Translations under genes and position numbers: made by a program
DNA from: an uncultured Gemmatimonadaceae bacterium
GTDB lineage: Bacteria; Gemmatimonadota; Gemmatimonadetes; Gemmatimonadales; Gemmatimonadaceae
Assembly (NCBI GenBank): GCA_963822945.1
Contig: CAWGJO010000015.1
Span: 1-33,789, forward strand
Length of the DNA: 33,789 nt
Reading direction: 5' to 3'
The notes under the pieces: generated by a model
Told to the model about the DNA's origin: nothing
The model's database searches: none
What the model saw: only the letters and a program-made list of their open reading frames with translations
Shown here: positions 20,727 to 30,200 of the stretch, in pieces
Numbering within the stretch: position 1 is the stretch's first letter
Layout of the letters: each line of letters opens with the position of its first letter

Positions 20727-23594
20727 TCACTTCTCCGTGGGGTCCAGCCGCGCGCGCACGATGCGCGCGAGCCGGTCGGCGTCGAACGGCTTGTAGAGCA
20801 GATTGACGCCCTCCACCATGGATCCGCTCGGATCGGCGACTTCGGCGCTGTAGCCCGTCATGTACACCACCGGAAGATCCGGGCGGTCCTTGACGAGGAG
20901 GCGGGCCAGGTCCACGCCGCTCATCCCCCCTGGCATCACGAGGTCGGTGAGCACGAGACGGATGGCGTCGCGATGCTCGGCCCATGTCTGGAGGGCCGCG
21001 ACGCCGTCGGAGGACTCGATCACGTCGTAGCCCAGGTGGAGCAGCGTCGTCCGCGCGGCGGCGCGCACGGCGGCGTCGTCCTCCACCAGCAGCACCGTTT
21101 CGCCACCGCCCAGCGCGGCGGGCTCGTCCGGCGAGTCTCCAACCGACTGCGCCGACGCGAGGTGCCTGGGCAGGAGGATTCGGAAGGTGGTGCCGCGGCC
21201 GGGGTCGCTCGTCACGTCGATCGAGCCCTCGTGCTGCTGCACGATCCCGAACACGGTGGCCAGCCCCAGCCCGGTGCCCTGCCCCACGTCCTTGCGGGTG
21301 AAGAACGGTTCGAAGATGCGCGGCAGGTCCTCAGCGGAGATGCCGGCGCCGGTGTCGCTGACCCGCAGGCAGGCGAACGTTCCGGTCCGCCCATCGGCCG
21401 CCCGCATGGCTCCCGCCCCATCCACGTCCACGAGCGACGTCTCGATGACCAGCGTACCGCCGTGGGGCATGGCATCGCGCGAATTCACCGCCAGGTTCAG
21501 CAACACCTGGTCGATCATCCCGGCATCGGCATGGACATACAGCGGGTGCGGCGCGAGCGCGAGCTGCATCCGGATGTCTTCACCCAGCACGCGCTGCAGC
21601 ATCTTGGAAATGCGCGTGACGACGTCGTTGAGATCGAGCGCGCGCGGCTGCATGGCCTGCTGGCGGCTGAACAGCAGCAACTGCCGGGTGAGGTTGGACG
21701 CGCGCTCGGCGGCCAGCTCGATCTCGTGCGCGTAGTCCGCGGTGGCCGATGCCGGATCCATCTGGCCGGCCAGCATTCCCGCCTGGAGCTGAATGACCGC
21801 CAGGATGTTGTTGAAGTCGTGGGCCACACCGCTCGCCAGGCGTCCCACCGCCTCCATCTTCTGGGCGTGGCGGAACTGTTCCTCGAGCTGCCGCCGTTCC
21901 GTGACGTCCCGCGCCACGCCGACGATGCGCTCCACCCGCCCGGCACGATCGTGCACGGGGAAGGCGCGGTCGCGGATCCAGCGGATGCTCCCGTCGGGAC
22001 GCACGATGCGATACGCCTCGTCGTACTCGCCGGTGACCTGCTTCGTGGTCGCCGCCACCCGGATGCGCTCGCGGTCGTCGGGATGGATGGTGTCCAGCCA
22101 GCTCCCCGAAGACGCATACAGTTCGCTGCACGGGCGCCCCCAGATCTGCTCATACGCCGGGCTGACGTACACGGCGCGTGTCTTGGCGACGTCGGCGATC
22201 CAGAACACCTCGTTGATGTTCGATGCCAACTCCTGGAACCGGCGCTCGCTCTCCCGGAGCGCCTCCTCCACCTCCCGCCGCCGTGAGATGTCGATGCCGA
22301 CGCCCACCAGGCAGGCCTCGCCGTTGAACATCACTCGGCGGCCGGTGAGAAAGTACGGGACGACGTTGCCGTCCTTGCGGAGCACGTTCGCCTCCACCGA
22401 CGCCTGGCCCTTCGTGAAGACTTCGGCAATACGGGCCTCGGCCAACGGGCGGTCGGCGAGCGCGAGCAGATCCAACGGCCGCATGCCCGCGATCTCGTCG
22501 TGCGAGTAACCGGTGGCGGCTTCCAGTTCGTGGTTCCAGCGGAGGAATCGTCCGGTCGAGTCATAGAAGTACATCGCCCCCGGCATGCTCTCGATCATCA
22601 TCTCCGAGAAGGCCCGCTCGCTGAGCGCCGCCGCCTCCACCGCCAGCCGGTGCTCCTCGCGCGCGATGTTGTCGAGCGCGAACGAAAGGTCGGTGGCCGC
22701 TTCGGTGAGCAGGGCGACCTCGCGCTCCGCGAAGAAGTCGCGTTCGTCGGAATACACGTTCAGCACCGCACACACGGCGCCCTGCATGTGGACGGGGAAG
22801 GCGGCGGACGACCGGAAACCGCGCTTCGCCACCTCCTCGCGCCAGGGCAGTGTGGATGGATCGTTGAGGGAGTCGTGGATGATCACCGGCCGGTCCTCGC
22901 GGAACGCCGTGCCCGACGGCCCCCGCCCCTCCGGACGATCGTCCGCGAAAACCTGGATGCGCGACACGTACCCGCCCTCGTCGCCCCAGATCGCCACCGG
23001 CCGCAACTGCCGGGTCTCGGGGTCGTGCCAGCCCACCCAGATCATCTTGAAGCCGCCGTGCTCGCCGAGCACCCGGCAGATCTTCTGCAACAGTTCGTCG
23101 CGTCCGTGCGTCCAGACGATGGCCTGATTCACCTGGCTCAACGCCGCGTACAACCGCGTGAGCCGTTCCAGGGCGTGTGCCTGCGAGATCTGCGTCGTGA
23201 TGTCGCGGATCACCTTCGCCGCGCCGATCACCGTGCCGTCGGGCGCGCGAATGGGCGACACCGTGATCGAGGTATCGATGAGCCGGCCGTCGCGAGTCTG
23301 CCGCACGGTTTCGAACGGCTCCACCGGCTCGCCCCTGGCAATGCGGTCGAGAATCCGCCCGCCCTCGTCACGCCGGTCGGGCGGAATGATGGTCTCGAGC
23401 GATTGCCCGACCATCTCGGCGGCCGGATATCCGAACATGCGCGCCGCGCCGCTGTTCCAAAATGTGATCACGCCCTGGAGGTCGTGGCCGATGATCGCGT
23501 CCACCGATGCCTCGACGATGGCGTTCACATCGAGCGCGCCGTCCGCGTGCCCGGACTTGCCCTTTCGCGATCCGCCCTTGCGGACACCGCCCAT
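20727..23594 (-). CDS. Cytoplasmic PAS-GAF-PAS-PAS hybrid histidine kinase/response regulator
   Basis: PAS (DAIIG..WNSGAARMFGY), GAF (GRGPSGTA..RSSAAFP) and two more PAS domains. H-box [39 protein letters not shown] and a receiver (LVEDD..LTDLVMP..LYKPF). No TM helix. Confidence 0.95.
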   Translation of the reverse strand: MGGVRKGGSRKGKSGHADGALDVNAIVEASVDAIIGHDLQGVITFWNSGAARMFGYPAAEMVGQSLETIIPPDRRDEGGRILDRIARGEPVEPFETVRQTRDGRLIDTSITVSPIRAPDGTVIGAAKVIRDITTQISQAHALERLTRLYAALSQVNQAIVWTHGRDELLQKICRVLGEHGGFKMIWVGWHDPETRQLRPVAIWGDEGGYVSRIQVFADDRPEGRGPSGTAFREDRPVIIHDSLNDPSTLPWREEVAKRGFRSSAAFPVHMQGAVCAVLNVYSDERDFFAEREVALLTEAATDLSFALDNIAREEHRLAVEAAALSERAFSEMMIESMPGAMYFYDSTGRFLRWNHELEAATGYSHDEIAGMRPLDLLALADRPLAEARIAEVFTKGQASVEANVLRKDGNVVPYFLTGRRVMFNGEACLVGVGIDISRRREVEEALRESERRFQELASNINEVFWIADVAKTRAVYVSPAYEQIWGRPCSELYASSGSWLDTIHPDDRERIRVAATTKQVTGEYDEAYRIVRPDGSIRWIRDRAFPVHDRAGRVERIVGVARDVTERRQLEEQFRHAQKMEAVGRLASGVAHDFNNILAVIQLQAGMLAGQMDPASATADYAHEIELAAERASNLTRQLLLFSRQQAMQPRALDLNDVVTRISKMLQRVLGEDIRMQLALAPHPLYVHADAGMIDQVLLNLAVNSRDAMPHGGTLVIETSLVDVDGAGAMRAADGRTGTFACLRVSDTGAGISAEDLPRIFEPFFTRKDVGQGTGLGLATVFGIVQQHEGSIDVTSDPGRGTTFRILLPRHLASAQSVGDSPDEPAALGGGETVLLVEDDAAVRAAARTTLLHLGYDVIESSDGVAALQTWAEHRDAIRLVLTDLVMPGGMSGVDLARLLVKDRPDLPVVYMTGYSAEVADPSGSMVEGVNLLYKPFDADRLARIVRARLDPTEK

Positions 23595-23726
23595 CGTGCC
23601 CCCTCGTGAAGGAACGCTCGACGTCCTCAGCGTCTGCCGTCAGCGGCCCCGTGGCCCCCCGTCCCCGCCGCCGCCCCCGGCGTTCCGATGATCATGGCAC
23701 CGCGCCGTCGGCGTGTCCATCGGGGA

Positions 23727-23776
23727 GTCACAGATTCGGTGACCCACCTGTGTCCGGGGCGGGGTCCGCATATAAT
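23727..23776 (+). promoter_or_regulatory. Putative promoter (-10 TATAAT) with an upstream palindromic operator
   Basis: Perfect TATAAT at 23771-23776, 26 nt before the aminotransferase ATG. GTCAC-N7-GTGAC at 23727-23743 lies in the divergent intergenic region. Confidence 0.45.
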
Positions 23777-23802
23777 AGTGGGTTCCACGACCCGAGTGTT
23801 CG

Positions 23803-25041
23803 ATGCCATTCACCCTCGCCGACCGCTTCTCTCAACTGGGCGCCGAATCGGCGTTCGAAACGCTGGCCGCCGCGCGCGCGCGCGAGGCGCAGGGTCACGA
23901 CGTCGTGCACTTCGAGATCGGCCAGCCCGACGTGCACGCGCCGCCGCACGTGGTCGAAGCCGCCGTGCGGGCGCTGCGCGACGGTCGGACGGGCTACGCG
24001 CCCGCGGCCGGACTCCCCGAGCTCCGAGACGTGGTGGCCGGATACATGACGCGCCGCGGCGTGCCCGCCACCGCCGAGCAGGCCATCATCACGCCCGGTC
24101 CCAAGGCGGCGCTGTTCGCCGCCATGGCAGGCGTGGTCCGCCCCGGCGACGAGGTGCTGGCGCCGTCCGTGGGGTTTCCGGCGTACACGCACATCACCCG
24201 TTTCCTGGACGGCCGGGTGGCATACTACGACCTCGACGCCGACCACGGCTTCGCGGTGACGGTGGATGCGCTCGAGGCCGGCGTGACGATGCACACGCGC
24301 GTGCTCATGCTCAACGCGCCGCACAATCCCACCGGCGGCATCATCGCGCGCCACGAGCTGCCGGCGATCGCCGACTTCGTGCAGCGCCACGACCTCACGG
24401 TGATCACCGACGAGATCTACGGCGATCTCCAGTTCGACGGCGACTTCGCCAGCCTGGCGTCGCTGCCCGGCATGGCCGAGCGCACGATCGTGGTCGACGG
24501 GCTGTCCAAGAACTTCGCGATGACCGGATGGCGCCTGGGCTACGCCGTGGTGCCGGCGGGCCACGGCGCGGCATTCGAGCGGTTCGTCACGCACAACTTC
24601 TCCTGCACCTCCACCTTCGTCCAGGTGGGAGCGCTGGCAGCGCTCACCGGCCCCACCGACGAGGTGGACGCCTCGCGCGCGCGATACGCCGCCCGTGCCC
24701 GGCGCGTGGCCCGCGCCCTCGACGCGCTGCCGGGCGTGACCTGCCACGCACCGCGTGGCGCGTTTTACGCCTTCCCCGATCTTCGCGGGCTGATGGCGGG
24801 TACCGGACTCACGTCGCGCGACCTCGCCCGGCGCGCACTCGAGGACTTCGACGTGGCCGTGCTCGCGGGCACCGCGTTCGGCCCGGGCGGCGAGGGCTTC
24901 CTGCGGATCGCCTACCTGCAGCCCGACGACGTGCTGGACCGCGGGCTGGAGCGGCTGGCCGCCTGCTTCCGGGGAGTGGCGGCGGCGCCTGGTCCCGGGG
25001 ATCGGACGGGTCAACCCGCCGCACCGACGGTCGCCCATTAG
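23803..25041 (+). CDS. PLP-dependent class I/II aminotransferase (aspartate aminotransferase-like)
   Basis: VVHFEIGQPD, GYAPAAGLPELR, NAPHNPTG, TDEIY, PLP lysine motif SKNFAMTGWRLG, GAFYAFP and GEGFLRI. Confidence 0.93.
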   Translation: MPFTLADRFSQLGAESAFETLAAARAREAQGHDVVHFEIGQPDVHAPPHVVEAAVRALRDGRTGYAPAAGLPELRDVVAGYMTRRGVPATAEQAIITPGPKAALFAAMAGVVRPGDEVLAPSVGFPAYTHITRFLDGRVAYYDLDADHGFAVTVDALEAGVTMHTRVLMLNAPHNPTGGIIARHELPAIADFVQRHDLTVITDEIYGDLQFDGDFASLASLPGMAERTIVVDGLSKNFAMTGWRLGYAVVPAGHGAAFERFVTHNFSCTSTFVQVGALAALTGPTDEVDASRARYAARARRVARALDALPGVTCHAPRGAFYAFPDLRGLMAGTGLTSRDLARRALEDFDVAVLAGTAFGPGGEGFLRIAYLQPDDVLDRGLERLAACFRGVAAAPGPGDRTGQPAAPTVAH

Positions 25042-25179
25042 GATTTGCCCGCGTGCGGCGTTGGGGCTGGTGCAACCACGCGGCGGTGGCGAAATTGGGG
25101 AACGGCGTCCTTTCCCCCGCCGGGCGGATTGTCGTCCGGCACCGACCCCCTGGGGTTCCCGCCTCGTAAGGAGCACGCC

Positions 25180-25824
25180 CTGATCAAGCACATCACGAGC
25201 ATCCGGACGTCCGGCACCATCATGCCGAGTTCACGCTATCTGGTGGACCGGCTGCTGCGGGGCATCGACTTCACGCAGGCGCGCCACCTCGTCGAACTCG
25301 GCGTCGGCACCGGCTGCGTGACGCGCGAGATCCTCCGGCGCATGCGCCCCGACGCCCGGCTCATCTCGTTGGAGATCAATCCGGAGTTCGTGACCATGGC
25401 CCGGCGGCGCATGCCCGACCCGCGGCTCACGCTGCGCAACGCCTGCGCGAGCGCGCTGCCGCTGATCCTCGCCGAGGAGGGCTTCGACGGCGTGGACGCG
25501 GTGGTGTCGAGCCTGCCGCTCCGGATCATGGATCAGGGCGTGGTGGACCGCATTCTCGACGTGAGCCGCGAATCGCTGCGCCCCGACGGGCGCTTCCACC
25601 AGTACCAGTACAGTCTGAGCCACTACGAGCAACTCGCCCGCCGGTACGCGGCGGTCGGCGTGCGCTTCACCATCCGCAACACGCCGCCGGCGTTCGTGTA
25701 CGAGTGCACGGGCACCGACGGACGCGCGCCCGTGCCCGTGCGGCTGCGTCCCTCGGTGGCGGCCGTCTACGCGGGCGCGCTCGCCGCCGCGTCGATGATG
25801 ATCCGCGTGGTCCACGGGAACTGA
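25180..25824 (+). CDS. Class I SAM-dependent methyltransferase, phospholipid N-methyltransferase (PmtA)-like; start codon uncertain (CTG 25180 or ATG 25222)
   Basis: SGTIMPSSRYL, SAM motif I LVELGVGTG, LEINPEF, VVSSLP and GRFHQYQY..RNTPPA. TAAGGAG SD at 25167-25173. Confidence 0.8.
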   Translation: MIKHITSIRTSGTIMPSSRYLVDRLLRGIDFTQARHLVELGVGTGCVTREILRRMRPDARLISLEINPEFVTMARRRMPDPRLTLRNACASALPLILAEEGFDGVDAVVSSLPLRIMDQGVVDRILDVSRESLRPDGRFHQYQYSLSHYEQLARRYAAVGVRFTIRNTPPAFVYECTGTDGRAPVPVRLRPSVAAVYAGALAAASMMIRVVHGN

Positions 25825-25830
25825 CCGCCG

Positions 25831-26352
25831 TCAGTTCCCGAGCTTCGTCCCCACGAAGGTGCCGGCGCGGTACGTGTAGACCGTGGACGCGTCGGGATAG
25901 TTGACCAGCTCGAACGCGCCCTTCTTTCCGTTGGGCGCCTCGGTGAGGTAGACCCCCACCGCATCGCCGTCGAACACCGGGATACTCGTGACCGGGAATG
26001 CGTGCGGCTTGGCGCCGTTCATGATCGCCACCACGTGGAGCGCGGAATCGCCGGGCACCGTGCCCTCGACGATCACGTCCTTCGTGCCATCGCCATCGAA
26101 GTCACCGATGGTGGCGAAGAGCGGATCGATCTTGCCGCTCCCCAGCGCCGACTGCTGCGCCACATCCGAGCGGAATTTGTCGGGCGTGATCATGCGGAAC
26201 CCGGGCATCGCGGCGTTGAGCGCGGCCTGCATTCCCGACGGCAACTGCAGCGCAAAGCCCACGACCGAGAACTGCGTGGTGGGATCGGGCGGCTTGCGCG
26301 AGCACGCGGTAAGCGTGACGACCACGGCGATGGCCGCGGCAACCTTCTTCAT
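25831..26352 (-). CDS. Hypothetical lipoprotein with an FG-GAP/DxDxDG-type Ca-binding loop
   Basis: MKKVAAAIAVVVTLTA|C lipobox, GDFDGDGTKDVIV and a GGAGG RBS. Confidence 0.8.
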   Translation of the reverse strand: MKKVAAAIAVVVTLTACSRKPPDPTTQFSVVGFALQLPSGMQAALNAAMPGFRMITPDKFRSDVAQQSALGSGKIDPLFATIGDFDGDGTKDVIVEGTVPGDSALHVVAIMNGAKPHAFPVTSIPVFDGDAVGVYLTEAPNGKKGAFELVNYPDASTVYTYRAGTFVGTKLGN

Positions 26353-26419
26353 CTCTGACCTCCGGTCGTCGTAGGCTCAATGAAGTAACCCCGGCGGCCG
26401 CGGGCAGCGATGCGCCAGG

Positions 26420-27331
26420 TCACCCTTTGTGTAATTCTTGCGGCGGTCGTGGCGAGGCCCCGAGGGGCGACCGCGGTGGCGGCCCGTTCGCGCGGCGACC
26501 GGCTCGTTCCGCGGCGTCCGACAGCCACTGCACGAACAGCACTCCCGCTGCGGCCAGATACACGAAGCCGGCGGGAATCCACATCAGCAGGCCGGCGAGT
26601 TGCTGATCCTGCAGCGGGGTGATTCCCCACGGAGCGGTGGTGTGCAGGTGCACCACGTACCACGGCCGCCGCGCGAGGGCGATGAGCGCACCGAGAGTGG
26701 CGCACTGCAGGCCGGCGGTGAACACGTAGACCACTCCGGCCCCGCGATCCATCCGGCGCCGACGGCCCGTATAGCGGAAGAGCAGCCACCAGAAGGCGAA
26801 CCCCGCCGCGACGAACGACCCGTGCTCCAACGCATGCACCGCGTCGTTGCGCACCGCGAGATCGTACGCGGCGGGGAGATGCCAGAACCAGAGGATGACC
26901 ACGTTCGCGATCCACACCGGGACCGGCTGCATCACGCGCCCCGCAATGGCGCGCAGCGGCGCGTGACGCCACCAGCGCACGAGACGATGCCTCGACCCGG
27001 GTGGCAGCCCCCACAGTCCCACGTACACCGGCGCCGACGCAACGAGCAGCGGCGCCACCACGAGCAGGAGCACGAGATGCTGTACCATGTGAAGGGAGAA
27101 CAGCGCGTCGGCCGCGGCGTCGAGCGGCGAGAGCAACGCAAACACGACCGCCCCCCCTGCGGCGAGCGCGACCCAGGGGCGCCACCATTCGAGCCCGTGC
27201 CCGGGACGCCCGCGGCGGCGCAGCCGGCGCAGCCCCGCCAGATACCACACCGCACCGACCGCCAGCGGCACCACCACCCCCGGCTCCGCGTTCCAGCGCT
27301 GCCACCAACCCGGCGGCGGCGTCAGTAGCAC
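26420..27331 (-). CDS. ctaG: Cytochrome c oxidase assembly factor (Caa3_CtaG family)
   Basis: ALLSPLD, LFSLHMVQHL, WFWHLPAAYD, HALEH, FWW and DQQLAGLLMW. GTG start overlaps the upstream ORF stop. Confidence 0.9.
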   Translation of the reverse strand: MLLTPPPGWWQRWNAEPGVVVPLAVGAVWYLAGLRRLRRRGRPGHGLEWWRPWVALAAGGAVVFALLSPLDAAADALFSLHMVQHLVLLLVVAPLLVASAPVYVGLWGLPPGSRHRLVRWWRHAPLRAIAGRVMQPVPVWIANVVILWFWHLPAAYDLAVRNDAVHALEHGSFVAAGFAFWWLLFRYTGRRRRMDRGAGVVYVFTAGLQCATLGALIALARRPWYVVHLHTTAPWGITPLQDQQLAGLLMWIPAGFVYLAAAGVLFVQWLSDAAERAGRRANGPPPRSPLGASPRPPQELHKG

Positions 27332-27675
27332 AACGGTGCCAGGAAGAGCGCCACGGTGCTGAAGAGCAGCCCGACGACGAACATCACGTTCAGCAGGGTA
27401 CCGCCGAACGCCATGAACCGCGCGCGCCGCGACGGCGTGTCGTGCGCGGGGGCGCGCCCGGCCCGTACGGTGGAAACGAGCGCGACTCCGGCGCCCAACC
27501 AGGCCACGCCCGTGATCGCCACCAGCAACACCCACGCCGGGCCGTAGGGGCGCAGCCGTGCCGCCGGCGCCAGACAGTACGCCGAGCCCGCCGACACCAC
27601 CGCCAGCAGATCGAAGCTCCACGCCGCCGCCGCGCCGAAGGCGGAGAACCAGAGGCGCTTCGCGGAGGCGGTCAC
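27322..27675 (-). CDS. Small hydrophobic hypothetical protein in the cox operon
   Basis: 117 aa with about three hydrophobic segments. GTGA overlap with the CoxI+III stop and an overlap with the ctaG start. Confidence 0.7.
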   Translation of the reverse strand: MTASAKRLWFSAFGAAAAWSFDLLAVVSAGSAYCLAPAARLRPYGPAWVLLVAITGVAWLGAGVALVSTVRAGRAPAHDTPSRRARFMAFGGTLLNVMFVVGLLFSTVALFLAPLCY

Positions 27676-30200
27676 AGGCCCAACCTCGGCGCCACGTACA
27701 GCGAGGTGAACACGGCGATCCACACAGCGTCGACGAAGTGCCAGTACATCGCCGCGTTCGAGAGATAGTGGCGGCGCGCGTCGGACAGCTTGCCCTTCAA
27801 TAGCATCACGAGTACGAGACTGAGCATCATCAGGCCCACGAACACGTGTGCCCCATGCAGTCCGGTGATCGTGAAGAACGCCGATCCGTAGGCGCTCGAG
27901 GCCGGCGTCATCGGCTGGCGGCTGTACTCGACGCCCTGCAGCACGAGGAAGACGGCGCCCAGGAGAATCGTCGCACCCAGCGCCCACTGCGTTCGCGTCT
28001 GCTGGCCGTTCCGCATCGCGCGCTCCGCCCACCAGAGCACCGCGCTGCTCGACAGCAGGATGGCCGTGTTCGGCAGCGCGACCCGCAACGCCGGAGGACC
28101 GACCGGCGGCCACGCGCCGCCGGATCGCGCTGCCAGGTAGAAGTAGCTGAACAGCAGATAGGCGAAGAGCGACGCTTCGGTCGCGATCAGCAGCGCCATT
28201 GCCCACTGTCCCGGCGGGTGCCGCTCGACCGCGTTCCCGGTGGGCAGGGCGCGCAGGTCGTAGCCGCCGCCGGCCGGTGTCGACCCCTCACGCGGTTCCG
28301 CGGGCTCCGGAAGCCGCGCGATGGATGCCCCCGGCCAGAGCCACCCACGAGACACGCGACCGTGGCGACGGCGGCCAGGACCGCAACGATCCAGCGGTCG
28401 AACAGGAGCGCGTAGAACAGAAAGAGCGTGGCCACGGACAGATAGAACGGCCACAGACTGTCGCCTGGCATCGGCAGGATCGCCGCCGGTTCCGCGTCCA
28501 GCGCCGTCGTGCTCACCGCCTGGTGTCCGTCGTCCAGCGGCGGGCCCTCCTCCAGCCGCGTGGCACGCTCGCCGATTCGGCCTTCCCACAGCGGATGGCG
28601 GCTGCCCACGCGCGGGATGCACGGAAGTTGTACGGTGGGGGCGGCGACGACGTGGCCCATTCCAGCGTTCCGGCGCCCCATGGATTCTCCGGCGCCTCCG
28701 CGCCGTGCCGCAGACTGCGCCAGACGTTGATGAGGAACAGCAGGAAGCCGAACGCGAACACGAACGACGCCGATCGTGACGATCAGGTTCCAGAGCTCCA
28801 TCCCTGTCCCGGCGCGTAGGTATAGATGCGGCGCGGCATCCCCAGCAGCCCGAGAATGTGCATCGGAAAGAAGCCACGTTGAACCCCAGGAACATCAGCC
28901 AGAAGTTCCAGCGTCCCAACCGCTCCCACATGAACCGGCCCGTCATCTTCGGGAACCAGTAGTACACGCCCGCCACGACCGGGAAGAGATTGATGCCCAC
29001 CAGCACGTAGTGCAGATGCGCGACCACGAAGTAGGAGTCGGTGGCCTGCCAATCGAACGGCACCGAGCCGGTAACCACCCCGCTCACCCCGCCGATGACG
29101 AACAGGATGATGAAGCCGACGAGGAACAGGAACGGCGTGCTGAAGACGGGGCCGGCCCTGCCAGATGGTGGCGATCCACGCGAACACCGACACGGCGCTG
29201 GGAATCGCGATCACCATGCTCGCGCCGCTGAAGAAGGAGAGCGCGACCGGCGACAGCCCGGTGGCGAACATGTGGTGCACCCACACGCCGAACCCGAGAA
29301 TCCCCACGCCCACCGTGGCCAACGCGACCATACTGTAGCCCACCAGCGGACGGCGGCAGAAGGTGGGGATCATGTCCGACGCCAGGCTCATGGCCGGCAG
29401 CACGATGATGTAGACCCACGGGTGACCGAAGATCCAGAACAGGTGCTGCCAGAGCAGCGGCTGTCCGCCGTGCGCGTGGTCGAAGAAGTGCATCCCGAAA
29501 TGGCGGTCGAGATACAGGAACAGGCAGGCGGCGGTGAGTGACGGGCAGCGCGAACAGGATGGACACCGACGCGGTGGCCGTACCCCAGAGCAGAATCGGC
29601 ATCCGGTCGAGCGACATTCCGGGCGCGCGCATCTTGAAGAACGTGACCACGAAGTTGATCGCACCGGCCGTGGTCGAGATGCCCAGGAACAGCATCCCCA
29701 GCGCGAAGAAGTCGATGTTGGGACCGGTCAGATACCGGCTCGACGCGAGCGGCACATAGTTGAACCAGCCGGCGTTGGGCATCGATCCCAGCGGGAAACT
29801 CGTGTAGAGAAAGATTCCCGCCGCGAGAAAGAGCCAGTAGCCGACCGCGTTGACGCGCGGGAACGCCATGTCGCGCGCGCCGATCATCAGGGGCCACAGG
29901 TAATTGCTGAAGCCCGACAGCATGGGCAGCGCGAACAGGAACAGCATCGTCACGCCGTGCATCGTGAAGAGCTGATTGTACAGCTGCGGCGAGAGCACGT
30001 CGGCGTGCGCATGTGTGAGTTGGAGGCGCATGGCGAGCGCCTCGAGGCCGCCGATGACGAGGAAGACGAAGGCCGTCACCAGATAGCGGATGCCGATCGT
30101 CTTGTGATCGACGGTCGCCAGCCGGCCGAGCACGCCGGCCGGCGTCTCCCAGATCGCCTGCAATCGCTTGACCCGAACGGGCGGACACGGTCGTCGTCAT
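27672..30200 (-). CDS. ctaD: Heme-copper oxidase subunit I+III fusion (A-family-like), interrupted by about 8 frameshifts
   Basis: ATG 30200 (ATGA overlap with coxII). Colinear motifs across frames: TVDHKTIG, YNQLFTMHG, GARDMAFPRVN, HLFWIFGHPWVY, VWVHHMF, DSYFVVAHLHY, GMPRRIY and NPWGAGTLEW. Subunit III motifs follow: LIATE, FFTITGLHGAHV and YWHFVDAVW. Shifts near 30172, 29543, 29150, 28870, 28800, 28768, 28620 and 28348. Confidence 0.9.
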
